Source: a virus
Lineage: Duplodnaviria > Caudoviricetes
IMG/VR virus record: IMGVR_UViG_3300034112_001193
Span: 1-62,375 of that record
Reading direction: 5' to 3' (one strand)
DNA length: 62,375 nucleotides
Shown: positions 37,601-47,222 of the stretch, piece after piece
Layout of the letters: each line of letters starts with the position of its first letter
Numbering within the stretch: position 1 is the first letter of the stretch
Position numbers and translations under genes: made by a program
The notes under the pieces: model-generated
Seen by the model: only the letters and a program-made list of their open reading frames with translations
The model's database searches: none
What the model was told of the DNA's origin: nothing

Positions 37601-38158
37601 TCATTTTTTTTCTAAAAATTTTTCTTTCATGCTTTCGTAGTTTCTTGCATGAAAAATCAATTCATTTGGAAAATAACAAAACGATCCAAAAACCTCTTGT
37701 TCATTAAGCATTTTCCCATTCTGCACCAACTCTGAATTCAAAAATTTATTTATCGCCGCACCAACAATTTCTTTTGAAATCCACATTAGAAAAGCGGGAC
37801 TCCCGGCAATCACGATAGAATTTTTTTCTAGGTCTTCTGCAATTTTTGGTGTGAACCCAAAGTTCAAAACATCATAGTCCGAAATCCATCCTCCCCCGGC
37901 GGCATGAAGCGCACAAAGTCGCGAGTATCGCATTTGAATTAGGTCTTTGTATTCATGCGCCTCGATGAACGGGAAAGCCTGATTTAGCTTGGTCATTAGC
38001 TTGGTTCGCAAAGGTGAAATTTGAGCATGACTGCTATTGAGCATGACTGGTTTCCAGCCTGCGCGAGTCCAGCTTTCTTTCCACAAATTAGCTTTGGCGA
38101 ATTCTTGCGTTTGATCGATCAAAGCGAGGCTTTGATAGAATGCGTAGATGGTTTTCAT
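37601..38158 (-). CDS. DXD-motif glycosyltransferase (GT-A, GT32-like)
   Basis: W..SW...GW.P..L; R..RL.AL...GGGWISDYDV. Confidence 0.65.
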   Translation of the reverse strand: MKTIYAFYQSLALIDQTQEFAKANLWKESWTRAGWKPVMLNSSHAQISPLRTKLMTKLNQAFPFIEAHEYKDLIQMRYSRLCALHAAGGGWISDYDVLNFGFTPKIAEDLEKNSIVIAGSPAFLMWISKEIVGAAINKFLNSELVQNGKMLNEQEVFGSFCYFPNELIFHARNYESMKEKFLEKK

Positions 38159-39135
38159 CAGTAAGTTTTGTAACCGACATGGAAGGTGGGAACGGCAAGA
38201 TCACAGAATGTCGGATGCCCTGATTTTTTTGCGCGAATGCAAAATGAAATGTCTTCGCCAACCTTTCCATCGATTGGATGAAAGAAGTTGCCATCGATAT
38301 CCGGGTAGGTCTTGGCAATGTCTTCAAAAACTCGTCGGTGAACAAGCATTGCACCTGTGCCTAACCAGTCCACTTCGACTACAGCATCCTCGTATGCTTT
38401 TGCGCGGGTCACTAGCCCTTGGTCTGAACAAACGAGTCCTGCACCCTCCCTGCGCTCGAAATATGCCGCTCCACAAACCGTCTTGTTGTTGCCAACAAGT
38501 CGATGAACGATGTGCCTCTGGAGAGGTTGATCGAGTATCGTCCTTGCGCCGGGAACCCAATAGCGCATCCACTCTGGTCTGCCAATGCACGGGATCATGT
38601 CATCGTCTAGCATCAGCATCCATCGAGCGTCAGTTTCGAGGAATTTTGCGGCAAGACGATTCCGGGCTTGATAAATCATGGAATTGCCCAATTCAAGGTC
38701 GAACCTGATTTTGTCTCGCCCGAAATCCAACGCAAGTGCGGTTAGAACCATCGCAGTCACAGGATTTGTAGTTTTATAGGATAGCAGTCCAACAAATATG
38801 TCCCTGCCTCCAAATTCACACCTGTAGCTTGGCATCCCTTCAGGAGTCCTGCTTTCCACAATCGGATTTTGCGTTGTCTTGATATCTTCAACCTCTACAG
38901 GTTGGATTTTTTTCAACCGGGGCTTTTTGACAGGCTTTTCTTTTTTCTGCCTTGGCTTGCGTTTTTTCATAGGTTCTGGATCAGGTTCTGTGGTCCGTGA
39001 CAAATTTTCTTTTTCTTTGTCACGGTTGTATTTTTTCATTGAAAAGCCCGGAACCGGAAGGTTTGCAAAAGGATCAAAGGATTCCAATGCGTTTGCTGTA
39101 TTTTGTTCTAACTGCGTTGTTTTTGATGTATCCAT
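38158..39135 (-). CDS. Glycosyltransferase family 2-like with disordered N-terminus
   Basis: ARNRLA..FL.TDARWMLMLDDD..P; WLGTGAMLVHRRVFE; GEDISFC.RA...G. Confidence 0.85.
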   Translation of the reverse strand: MDTSKTTQLEQNTANALESFDPFANLPVPGFSMKKYNRDKEKENLSRTTEPDPEPMKKRKPRQKKEKPVKKPRLKKIQPVEVEDIKTTQNPIVESRTPEGMPSYRCEFGGRDIFVGLLSYKTTNPVTAMVLTALALDFGRDKIRFDLELGNSMIYQARNRLAAKFLETDARWMLMLDDDMIPCIGRPEWMRYWVPGARTILDQPLQRHIVHRLVGNNKTVCGAAYFERREGAGLVCSDQGLVTRAKAYEDAVVEVDWLGTGAMLVHRRVFEDIAKTYPDIDGNFFHPIDGKVGEDISFCIRAKKSGHPTFCDLAVPTFHVGYKTY

Positions 39136-39160
39136 ATATAAAATAAAAGTTTTTAGGTTG

Positions 39161-39233
39161 TGCCCCCGGAGGGATTTGAACCCCCAACCAAGTCGTTATG
39201 AGCAACCTGCTCTGACCATTGAGCTACAGGGGC
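39161..39233 (-). tRNA. tRNA with CAT anticodon, probably tRNA-Ile2 (lysidine-type, reads AUA)
   Basis: GCCCCTG..GCTCAATGGTCAGAGC A GGTTG-CTCATAA-CGACT..GGGGG-TTCAAAT-CCCTC CGGGGGC A; C4-G69/C5-G68 as in TilS substrates; resembles E. coli ileX. Confidence 0.8.
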
Positions 39234-39239
39234 TGGAAT

Positions 39240-39322
39240 TTGCGCGGATGGGACTTGAACCCATACGGAGTTGCCTCCACCGGATTTTAAGTCCGGTGCG
39301 TCTGCCATTTCGCCACCGCGCA
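39240..39322 (-). tRNA. tRNA-Leu(TAA)
   Basis: Acceptor TGCGCGG/CCGCGCA, anticodon arm CCGGA-CTTAAAA-TCCGG, long variable arm GGAG-GCAA-CTCC, T arm ATGGG-TTCAAGT-CCCAT. Confidence 0.9.
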
Positions 39323-39327
39323 TCAAA

Positions 39328-40608
39328 TTAGCCTCCAAGTGCCTCGTCCAATCCTGCGTCGATGGCATCCATTGAATTCATCTTCAAGCGATCACCCAAA
39401 GACGATCCTACACGATTCGGGGAAGTTACATTTTGCCGGGGCAAGCGTCCTGCATTTTTGAGTCGATTGTTCTCTTCGGTCAGTTTTTTCAACTGCTCAC
39501 TCATTTTAGCTTTTGCGGATTGCTCCACTCGCAATTGCTCGGTCAGGACATGGCTGAAAACCGCCGCCGCCGCAACATTTGCCCGATCCTGTGCAGAAGT
39601 AGGCCAAAGTGCCGAATTGAATTTTTCGGCCAAACTTGCAACTGCTGAATTGTGTTGCTCAACTGCCTGCAATTGCTCTGGGGTTGCGTTTGCTGGAGGT
39701 TCCTGAAACCTTGCCCACGGGAGGTCTTTTGTGACTTGATCCATGTAAGTATCGATTTCGTTGACCGTCCCATGATACCACTCCTCCTGTGCCTGTTGTT
39801 TTTGCACATAATATTGCTCGGCGTTTTGAGCGACATTTTGCAACTCTAGTTGTTGTTTTTCTTTTAGGTCAGCAACATCTACAAGGTTGCGCTTCAGTCG
39901 TTCGGCATCGGTAAGGGGCAATTTTTCAATTGCATTGGTTTTCCACCACTTTTGGTCAATGGCATCTGGTCCCCCTGCCTTTTCAATGCTCTGGATTACA
40001 TCCTCGCTCGCTCCATTAGCCCGGAGAATGCGATAGATATTCTCTTTTGCGGCTGAAATCGGTTGTTCAAATTTCGAGCGGAAATCTGGATCATTTTGAA
40101 TATCAAAAATAGCCCTGAATCGACGCAATTCGTCGTAATCGTCTGGCGTTTTAACCTGATTTTGCGTTTCTTCCAGTTTTTGACGCAAAATTGCCGCTTC
40201 TTCTGCCTGTTTTTTGTAGCTCGATGCGGTTTCTTGTAATTTTCGCCAATTTGACTGATTTTTTTCCGAAAGATTACGAGGACGCTCGATAGCGGCAATT
40301 TCTGGGTCAATTTCAGGTTCTGCTGAAGGTTGATTTTCCTGTTCTCCCGCCTGCGAATCGGGTTCGGCGGGAGGTTCTGAATCGCTAACAGGATCGGCGG
40401 GTTGTTCCTCTTGGCTTTCTGGCGGCAACTCGTCGTTTTCTGACTCTTGCTCGTTATTTTCTGGCGGCGGAATCTTTCCCTCGGCCTCGTCCAGCATTTT
40501 GTCGAGTGCAGAGTCTAAATCATCATCGATTGGGTCTGCATCCAAGCTAGGTTCTCCGAATCCGCTAGCGACATTCGGCTCAATTTTATTGTCTTCGTCT
40601 ATTTTCAT
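39328..40608 (-). CDS. Capsid scaffolding protein (probable)
   Basis: Acidic disordered N-terminus and long helical coiled coil, between portal and MCP. Confidence 0.65.
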   Translation of the reverse strand: MKIDEDNKIEPNVASGFGEPSLDADPIDDDLDSALDKMLDEAEGKIPPPENNEQESENDELPPESQEEQPADPVSDSEPPAEPDSQAGEQENQPSAEPEIDPEIAAIERPRNLSEKNQSNWRKLQETASSYKKQAEEAAILRQKLEETQNQVKTPDDYDELRRFRAIFDIQNDPDFRSKFEQPISAAKENIYRILRANGASEDVIQSIEKAGGPDAIDQKWWKTNAIEKLPLTDAERLKRNLVDVADLKEKQQLELQNVAQNAEQYYVQKQQAQEEWYHGTVNEIDTYMDQVTKDLPWARFQEPPANATPEQLQAVEQHNSAVASLAEKFNSALWPTSAQDRANVAAAAVFSHVLTEQLRVEQSAKAKMSEQLKKLTEENNRLKNAGRLPRQNVTSPNRVGSSLGDRLKMNSMDAIDAGLDEALGG

Positions 40609-40632
40609 ATATATTTATTTAATTTTCAATTT

Positions 40633-40893
40633 TTATTTAGACCGCATAGATTTTGCTCCGCGACATTTCCATTTTTTACGCGAAAGATTGTTCGGGGAAT
40701 TAGGATCACTCTTCCAGTCACCCTTGATTTTCAATGACCTAGCGCAATATGCGTCTGCTTTTTTGGTCGATGGACGAATACGATCTTTCCCGTCTTTTGC
40801 CAATCCCGCTTGACCATATTCAATCGTTTTTTTTCGACCTGTGGCAGGGTTTACAATTGTTTTGCTAAATCGAGGTTTAATTTCGGCACTCAT
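40633..40893 (-). CDS. Small basic phage protein (YCARS...DPNS...SR.KWKC family)
   Basis: Recognisable motif common near phage head genes. Confidence 0.7.
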   Translation of the reverse strand: MSAEIKPRFSKTIVNPATGRKKTIEYGQAGLAKDGKDRIRPSTKKADAYCARSLKIKGDWKSDPNSPNNLSRKKWKCRGAKSMRSK

Positions 40894-40895
40894 AA

Positions 40896-41135
40896 TTACA
40901 TTTCGGTGAATTTTCCGGTAGATGCATCCTGTTCTTTGTCATCGAAGTTCAAAAGAAAATCGATTTCTTGAAGAGCAAATTCAAATCCTTCTTTGTATTT
41001 TGCTTGCAAGGCAACTTCCTCGATGGATTTGCCATTGCATTTCGGGATTTGCGCCGAAAGGTACTTTAGCAATTTCCCTCCAGAGGTTTTATTGAACTCT
41101 CGAAAGGAAACCGCATCGGAATTTGTCCAATTCAT
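40896..41135 (-). CDS. Small portal-associated protein (Bbp19-like position)
   Basis: 79 aa, F..T.GGK.L.YL pattern, after the portal. Confidence 0.5.
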   Translation of the reverse strand: MNWTNSDAVSFREFNKTSGGKLLKYLSAQIPKCNGKSIEEVALQAKYKEGFEFALQEIDFLLNFDDKEQDASTGKFTEM

Positions 41136-41572
41136 TTCTTCTCTTTGCTCTTAACAGAATTCATCAAGTCTTTAATCGATTGTTTTGCCCCGGCTTTAAA
41201 ACCTTTGGCAAACTCTTTTCCCTTTTCTTTCAGACCCCGATAAACATCTTTGCCAAACTCCTTCAACTCGCCGGGGCTAACAATTCCTTGATCACTCATG
41301 CCTTGTTTTTCGAGTCGAGCGTAAGCGGCATCCTCTTCGGCTTTTAATGCTCGTTCGATTTCCATTTCTGCATCTGAAGCGGACCCTAGAGTTCCTTTTT
41401 CAGGTTTCTCCATTTTTTTTTCTTTTTCGGATTTGGAACCTAAAGCACCTTTTTTGCTTTGCTTCCCGGCTTTAATTTTTTTGGCACTCATGCCTATTCC
41501 GGTAACAGTATCGTAGTACGCTTTTTTCTCGTCTACTTTTTCTCTTGTGGTTAGTTTTTTTAGTTCTGGCAT
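41132..41572 (-). CDS. Hypothetical Lys-rich protein
   Basis: Start MPELKK at 41572, just after the portal stop. Confidence 0.6.
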   Translation of the reverse strand: MPELKKLTTREKVDEKKAYYDTVTGIGMSAKKIKAGKQSKKGALGSKSEKEKKMEKPEKGTLGSASDAEMEIERALKAEEDAAYARLEKQGMSDQGIVSPGELKEFGKDVYRGLKEKGKEFAKGFKAGAKQSIKDLMNSVKSKEKK

Positions 41573-41576
41573 AATT

Positions 41577-43994
41577 TTATCCTGCTGTTGGTGGTTTGCC
41601 GGGAGCGGCAATTTGATTAACTCCCGAAAATTGATCAGGAAAGATTGCCTCGGTTGCTTGCTGCGCTTGGGCGGCACTAACCCTCCCGCCGCCTCCGCGC
41701 CCTCCTGTGGGCATTCCTGCTCCAGCAACAGGCATAATTTGGTCAATTGGTGGCGCGGCCATTCCTGCGGTGATGTGCTGGTACGCCTGCTTAACCATTT
41801 GCTTGTATTCTGCGATTTTTGTACGATCCACGCCTTTCATCTCCGCTTGGTTCACATGGGTAATAAAATGCTCTAACGCTTTCGCGAACGGACTTACCAT
41901 TTCAGGCGGCAACGCACCCGCTGGAGCTTGAGCCAGAACAGGCATTAATTTGGCTACAATGGTGTCGAGGTGAACAATATCATTGTCGCGGGGCGAAACA
42001 GGCACTTCCTGCCCTGCAATAATAGCCTGCAATTCAATAATCTGTTGACGAGTAGCTTCAATTGCTACTGCCTCGACTTGATCTTTTGGCAAGATGACTT
42101 GATTGGCAATTTCCTGACCAACTTTTTTCGACCAATCCAATTTTATCAACTCATCTTGATTTACAGCGGGATTTCCGGTGTAACGCTGGATCAACAAGTC
42201 GAGAATTGCGCCTTCTTGCGAGGCATTGTCAGGGATTAATTCCTGCGCGGGAGAAAATGCCATCAGCATGATATCGCTAGGCGGCAAGTTCCGCTCTAAC
42301 ATATTCAAGCAACAAGAAACGGCATCCTCGTCCAAGTGCGAAGGCAGTTCAAATGGAACCAAAAAGCTAGGCATTTCCATGTCTGACCCTCCAAATGCCT
42401 CGATGACTTCTTTTCGCGCCCAAATCGCTTCAGGTTGTTGCATTCGCGAAATATCCAAAAGCATCTTAATTTCAGATGCCGCTTTGATGTGTTCGGGGTG
42501 GCAAATGCCTCGTTGCATTCGCGAAACTGCATCCGAATACTGTTTGCTCCAGCGCATCAAGATTCCTTCGCGAATCTGATTTTCGATAGCGGCAACTCGA
42601 TTAATTTCAGATGCGGTCTTGTCTGCTCCCTGCAATCCCAAAGCGGACGAAGGAAGAAATGTGCCAAGCTGAATTTCGGCAAGCCCAGATATGAATTGAT
42701 CCAGCTTCAAAAAATCATCGACATCCGCTGGAGCGTTTTGAGGAACTACCTCGTATCCCTCGGCAACATAAGCCACAGGATGCATGACGGTCAGAGGGGC
42801 AATTCCCGGCTTTGCAGTTGCTGTCTTTTTCAACAGCAACATCCCTTTTAGGTAGACATTGTCCTGTACCAAATTTCGAGCTTTGTCTACTGCAATGTGC
42901 GAGTTGTAAAGGTCGCGCCCCGCACCCCGGCTGGACATAAGACTCCCTGATCCGATCTCCACGGAAAACAAAGACAAACAATCTGACATTCTATTGTAGC
43001 GATCCAATTGAGTGCAAATTTCGTTTCCGCTTTTGTCATCAAAAAGGAATCGGCTAATTTTGCCATGTGGTTCTTTTACAAGTAACTCGCCTAACTCGAC
43101 ATATTTTGCGTCATTTTCGTATGCCGCACCGTACGATCCCTCGCGCATCCAGTCTTCGATGCGTCGAGCATCGTCGTCGGAATCCAATGACCTTCCTGCG
43201 GGTCGAGCATTGTTTAAAGCTTTTACCAAGTTGTTAATGTGCCACCCAGCAAGTGAACTAGTCTCCGGGTCTTCAAGAATCGGGAGCAGTTCTGATATCT
43301 GGTATCTACGCTTGCGCCCCCAAATAGGGGTTGCCTGAACTTCCTGCGGGGTTTCGATGCTGAAAAATGTGTAGTCCTGACGGCAAAATTCTGGTTTCCA
43401 ATCGCGGGGATCGTCCCAAGTTAATGCCGCAAATCCAAAGGTTGTGTTCTCATGCACAACCTGTGCAACGATATCGTCGTGACCACTCCACGCCCGAATG
43501 CATTTTGTTATTTCCTCCCTAAAAATATCAGTTTTGTTTTCGGCATCGACCCCCTGTGCGGGATATTTGGAAAAAGTTAGATAAGTGCTTGATTCGACAA
43601 CCTGTTTGAATGGCGGCTGAATTCGCGAAACCATCGTGGAAAGAAACCCCGTTGGTCGATTGGACCTCCAGTTTTGTCCCATACTTTCCAGCTTTTTTGC
43701 AGAATAAGGAGGTTCGTTGTTAAGTTTTTTCTGAATTAATGCATTCTTCCTGTTCCTTTCGACATTTTGTTGTTTCAAGCGTTTGTAGGCAGAAAAAGCC
43801 TGTGAAGTATCTTTGAATGTGCGCTTAATTTCTAGCGTTTCTTCGTTAACAACTTCATCAGTTTTGCTTTCCCCCGGCATGACAACATTAAGCCGGGATT
43901 TTGTATTTTTATCCCCCGCTTCAAGCGTTCGGGGTGCTTTAGTTGCAAATGTAGTGATAACTACAGGGTCGATTGGTTCAAGGTAATCTGCCAT
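41577..43994 (-). CDS. Portal protein
   Basis: ~805 aa after TerL; ADKTASEI motif and P22-like C-terminal PVSPRDNDIVH region; start MADYLE at 43994. Confidence 0.8.
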   Translation of the reverse strand: MADYLEPIDPVVITTFATKAPRTLEAGDKNTKSRLNVVMPGESKTDEVVNEETLEIKRTFKDTSQAFSAYKRLKQQNVERNRKNALIQKKLNNEPPYSAKKLESMGQNWRSNRPTGFLSTMVSRIQPPFKQVVESSTYLTFSKYPAQGVDAENKTDIFREEITKCIRAWSGHDDIVAQVVHENTTFGFAALTWDDPRDWKPEFCRQDYTFFSIETPQEVQATPIWGRKRRYQISELLPILEDPETSSLAGWHINNLVKALNNARPAGRSLDSDDDARRIEDWMREGSYGAAYENDAKYVELGELLVKEPHGKISRFLFDDKSGNEICTQLDRYNRMSDCLSLFSVEIGSGSLMSSRGAGRDLYNSHIAVDKARNLVQDNVYLKGMLLLKKTATAKPGIAPLTVMHPVAYVAEGYEVVPQNAPADVDDFLKLDQFISGLAEIQLGTFLPSSALGLQGADKTASEINRVAAIENQIREGILMRWSKQYSDAVSRMQRGICHPEHIKAASEIKMLLDISRMQQPEAIWARKEVIEAFGGSDMEMPSFLVPFELPSHLDEDAVSCCLNMLERNLPPSDIMLMAFSPAQELIPDNASQEGAILDLLIQRYTGNPAVNQDELIKLDWSKKVGQEIANQVILPKDQVEAVAIEATRQQIIELQAIIAGQEVPVSPRDNDIVHLDTIVAKLMPVLAQAPAGALPPEMVSPFAKALEHFITHVNQAEMKGVDRTKIAEYKQMVKQAYQHITAGMAAPPIDQIMPVAGAGMPTGGRGGGGRVSAAQAQQATEAIFPDQFSGVNQIAAPGKPPTAG

Positions 43995-43996
43995 AT

Positions 43997-44575
43997 TTAT
44001 ACTTTCAGCCAGCAATTTTCAGGGACACTACTTGTCACCTCAAAATGCTCTTTGTCAAAAAAAACCGCCGCACGATTGTCGTGACGCATCACGCTACAAC
44101 CTTTTAAAGTTTTTGTATTGCGAGTGTCCCGCCCTTGCCTAATGCTAGCGCAAAGCCTCTCTGTTGCGGTAATGCAACTTCCACAACCAGATTTCCATTG
44201 CGTGTTTTTCGGGCAAGCCTGACAAGTCAATGCCCTTGCTTCTGCCAACTCATCAGACACAAGTCTAATCGGTTTTTGACTCAATAAAATATTCTTTGCC
44301 CAAGTTGTTATGTCTTGAAGCAACTCGCCTGCCCTAGATGTTGGCGTAACACTAATGACAACAGCAGAGTCCGCACCATGACAATATCGTGGATTTCTGC
44401 CACAAAGGTAAGAGTTAACATCTCCAATAACATCTCCCGCTGGAAGGTGGTTTTCTGCTCGATAATTCTCTACTGTTTTATACAAAACTTCAAGCGAATA
44501 TCCCTCTAACTTAACATCTCCCTGATAGTAATGCCACCCCCCCGGCGGAACAACTGAAGCGTTAGGATAAGCCAT
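43997..44575 (-). CDS. Cys-rich hypothetical protein (A..R...C..CP zinc-binding motif)
   Basis: PPGGWHY N-terminus; CQACP, CGSC and further Cys; between TerL and portal. Confidence 0.65.
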   Translation of the reverse strand: MAYPNASVVPPGGWHYYQGDVKLEGYSLEVLYKTVENYRAENHLPAGDVIGDVNSYLCGRNPRYCHGADSAVVISVTPTSRAGELLQDITTWAKNILLSQKPIRLVSDELAEARALTCQACPKNTQWKSGCGSCITATERLCASIRQGRDTRNTKTLKGCSVMRHDNRAAVFFDKEHFEVTSSVPENCWLKV

Positions 44576-44580
44576 GATTT

Positions 44581-46437
44581 TTAATCAGAAAAATCAACAT
44601 ATTCCATGCTTTCAATAGATGGAAGTTTTTTTTCATGGAATTCTTGTTTTTTTAAATCAGTCATGCTGGCAATCGAATCTCCTCGTTGCCGCATCAAAAA
44701 TACCAGCAAAGAAAGCGAGTCTAGTTGATCCGGGGAATTTTGCCTTGTTCGTTTTGTATAATCTCCCTTGCTTTCCACTCGCACTAGACCCTGACCAACT
44801 TGCTTGTATCGCCGGGAAGTCGCCTGCCTGATAAGTTCTTCGGTGCGGAAGGAAGGCGAAATTTTCAGGTATTCAAATTCCAGATACTTTGCTAGTCCGA
44901 ATATCAATTCGGTGACCACACCGGAATAAAGTTCGTTCGCCCTCTGCGAATCGTCGCCCAATACATGGGTTTCGGTAGCCGCCCATGAATAGTTGACTCC
45001 AAGCACATCTTTGCCCCAAAGACTGCAAAGCGCATCGTGGATGCCTGATCCGTTTCCAGTCCTGTCCACGCATACCCACCTCGGCCCAATCCTCATCTGC
45101 TTGCAAAAATTTATGATGGCATCTGTCTGCTCCAAGGTTGCCTTCTTGGGGAAATTGATTAGCGAATCCAACTGCAAAACGGTCTTCGGTGACTTGAATT
45201 CTCGGAACTTTCCATCGAGCGGCGTATACCCGTCTGAAAGCCCGAAACGCCCATAGGAACACACAACCTGATCTTTGCCTTCCAATGCCAAGTCGAAAGC
45301 GCAGAGAGGCACTACAGGTCCAATAAAGCGCACCACTCCCATTGCATTGTCCATCATGGCCGGGGTGATGATTGCCATCGCAATACCTTCTTGCGGGAAA
45401 AACCCTCTTGCCATCGTGTAATACTCGGCGGTTTTGCCTCTCGCCTCGTAAGCCATGTAGCCTTCGTAGGTCTGAAAACCGGGGAAAATTATTTTTTTCT
45501 CGATGACATTCTCGCATCGAGCGGCATCAAGGCGAAGGATGTGCCAACCCTCTCTGCTTTCCCACTCGAAATCCTCTTCGCAATCGACCCGCAACCATCC
45601 ACCAACAGGTTCGCATCGCTTGCCAAACTCGCTATTGCGATCCTTGGGATTCGACGCTCCGAAAATTTTAATCCGCCCCTTACTGGACTCGGTGTCGGCG
45701 GCGGAAAGGATGTTCTGCAAACCTTCCCAAACGCCCGGAGGAATCTCCTCGGCCTCGTCCAATACAACATGGGTTCTGCTCATCGTTCCCCACTTCGGAT
45801 GGGCTTTCTGGCGCGGAGAAGGGTGGAACCCGCGAAGCGTTCCCGTCCCGGCATCACCCTTGGGAATCGCCACTAGGTGGATGCCATTTTTGTCATCGTC
45901 GTTGACTTGTATCGACTTCACCAAGTCTGATTCACCCTTGTATTCCGGTTTGACCAATGCGGTGCGATAAAAGTTTTTAATCGCCGCAAACACATTTCGT
46001 TGAGCGTGTGCCTCGGTCAATGAAACAACCTTAATACAGGTGTACTCTGGGTCACGCATCCAATCGAGGAGAAACCATGCGGCGGCATTGAAAGTCTTGC
46101 CCATCGCTCCAGCACCCTGCACCAGCAACTTGTCATGCTCAAACAACCCCCGCCATGTGTCTTGCGCTGACCTTGGTCGCCAGTCGTAAACCCCCGGACC
46201 CCACAGCACCGTTGCCGCCGCCTCGAAATGATCCGCCTCCAGCAGGCTTTGCACAAACTGCATGACAATGCTCTTCGCCACCTTCTCATCGATCACCACG
46301 CTCGATGAAACACCCCCAGTTGCCACATTCGCGAGAATGTATTTCGCCGCATAGAGCAACCCCATGCGGTCATCGCGATCCGCTTCGGACCTGACTGCCT
46401 CGGCAATCGCCAGCACCTTCCTGACCGATTCTACCAT
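44581..46437 (-). CDS. terL: Terminase large subunit
   Basis: Walker A GAGAMGKT, Walker B VVLDEAEE, ASNP coupling motif, RNase H-like AFDLA..GKD, VDRTGNG, SPD..DSL. Confidence 0.92.
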   Translation of the reverse strand: MVESVRKVLAIAEAVRSEADRDDRMGLLYAAKYILANVATGGVSSSVVIDEKVAKSIVMQFVQSLLEADHFEAAATVLWGPGVYDWRPRSAQDTWRGLFEHDKLLVQGAGAMGKTFNAAAWFLLDWMRDPEYTCIKVVSLTEAHAQRNVFAAIKNFYRTALVKPEYKGESDLVKSIQVNDDDKNGIHLVAIPKGDAGTGTLRGFHPSPRQKAHPKWGTMSRTHVVLDEAEEIPPGVWEGLQNILSAADTESSKGRIKIFGASNPKDRNSEFGKRCEPVGGWLRVDCEEDFEWESREGWHILRLDAARCENVIEKKIIFPGFQTYEGYMAYEARGKTAEYYTMARGFFPQEGIAMAIITPAMMDNAMGVVRFIGPVVPLCAFDLALEGKDQVVCSYGRFGLSDGYTPLDGKFREFKSPKTVLQLDSLINFPKKATLEQTDAIINFCKQMRIGPRWVCVDRTGNGSGIHDALCSLWGKDVLGVNYSWAATETHVLGDDSQRANELYSGVVTELIFGLAKYLEFEYLKISPSFRTEELIRQATSRRYKQVGQGLVRVESKGDYTKRTRQNSPDQLDSLSLLVFLMRQRGDSIASMTDLKKQEFHEKKLPSIESMEYVDFSD

Positions 46438-46664
46438 TTCCCCTCCGGGCATTCTTCAGTCGCCATCACGGTCTTAATTTCCATGTTGCAACCGCAAACC
46501 TTGCACTCTCCTGCCCCGCTATAAGCGGCAACATCAAACTTCGGGCATTCCGCGCAAATGCGTAGCCTTCTAGCGATCTCTCCCTCATCGACACAAGGCA
46601 TCCCGGCCTTTACAAAGACAAACGCACTCTTCGCAAAACTAGCCGCCTTGGTCAGGATATTCAT
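46431..46664 (-). CDS. Small zinc-finger protein (RL.IC..CP..C..CGC....K......CP.GKW)
   Basis: Cys pattern; start MNILT at 46664. Confidence 0.7.
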   Translation of the reverse strand: MNILTKAASFAKSAFVFVKAGMPCVDEGEIARRLRICAECPKFDVAAYSGAGECKVCGCNMEIKTVMATEECPEGKW

Positions 46665-46822
46665 TGCTTTTTGAGCCACTCGATTGCCTTCTTCGCGTCC
46701 TCCGCGCAAACATTTTTTGCATCAACGGCATTATCGGAAACAACCCCATGATCCTGAAGATCGTTCATGGTTTTTACCTCGTCGCTCCAGCTTTCCTCGA
46801 TGTGTTTTTCAAGGTCGTTCAT
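46661..46822 (-). CDS. Hypothetical protein
   Basis: MNDLEK..., ATGA overlaps. Confidence 0.5.
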   Translation of the reverse strand: MNDLEKHIEESWSDEVKTMNDLQDHGVVSDNAVDAKNVCAEDAKKAIEWLKKQ

Positions 46823-46968
46823 TTTTTTGTCTCCTCGCAAAGTGGACATTTTTCAAACCTTTTTTTATTCCTTGAATCGAATCCTTCTACTTCAACGATA
46901 TACCAAGTAAAAAGATACAAAGCAACGCATATAGACACAGCAACAAACACTTTTATTTTTTTTTGCAT
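46819..46968 (-). CDS. Small membrane protein
   Basis: My translation MQKKIKVFVAVSICVALYLFTWYIVEVEG...CPLC; fills the gap with overlaps. Confidence 0.45.
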   Translation of the reverse strand: MQKKIKVFVAVSICVALYLFTWYIVEVEGFDSRNKKRFEKCPLCEETKK

Positions 46969-47222
46969 TTGAGTTTTTTGTTTTCGGCTACCAATTCCTT
47001 CAACCTCTTTAATCCTTTTTTAAACTGCTCGTCCCCCGGCGCACCGTTATCAATCCCCAACAACTCTTCCAACTCCCGGCGCATTGCCCACTTCTGCTCT
47101 GCCTGAAACTTGTATCGGTCCCGCTCCATTAATAAGCCATGTATTCTTTTTCGATCTTCTTCGTATCTCTCCCGCAATCTTTGATTGTCTTCAATCAATG
47201 TTGCCTCTTCATCAAAAGTCAT
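46953..47222 (-). CDS. Hypothetical coiled-coil protein
   Basis: 89-aa ORF, ATGA overlap. Confidence 0.55.
   Translation of the reverse strand: MTFDEEATLIEDNQRLRERYEEDRKRIHGLLMERDRYKFQAEQKWAMRRELEELLGIDNGAPGDEQFKKGLKRLKELVAENKKLKCKKK

Noticed and set aside
1445-46452. Stop-codon recoding or introns/inteins
   Set aside because: Genes are intact and densely packed in the standard code; TerL, portal and MCP have normal lengths without obvious insertions.
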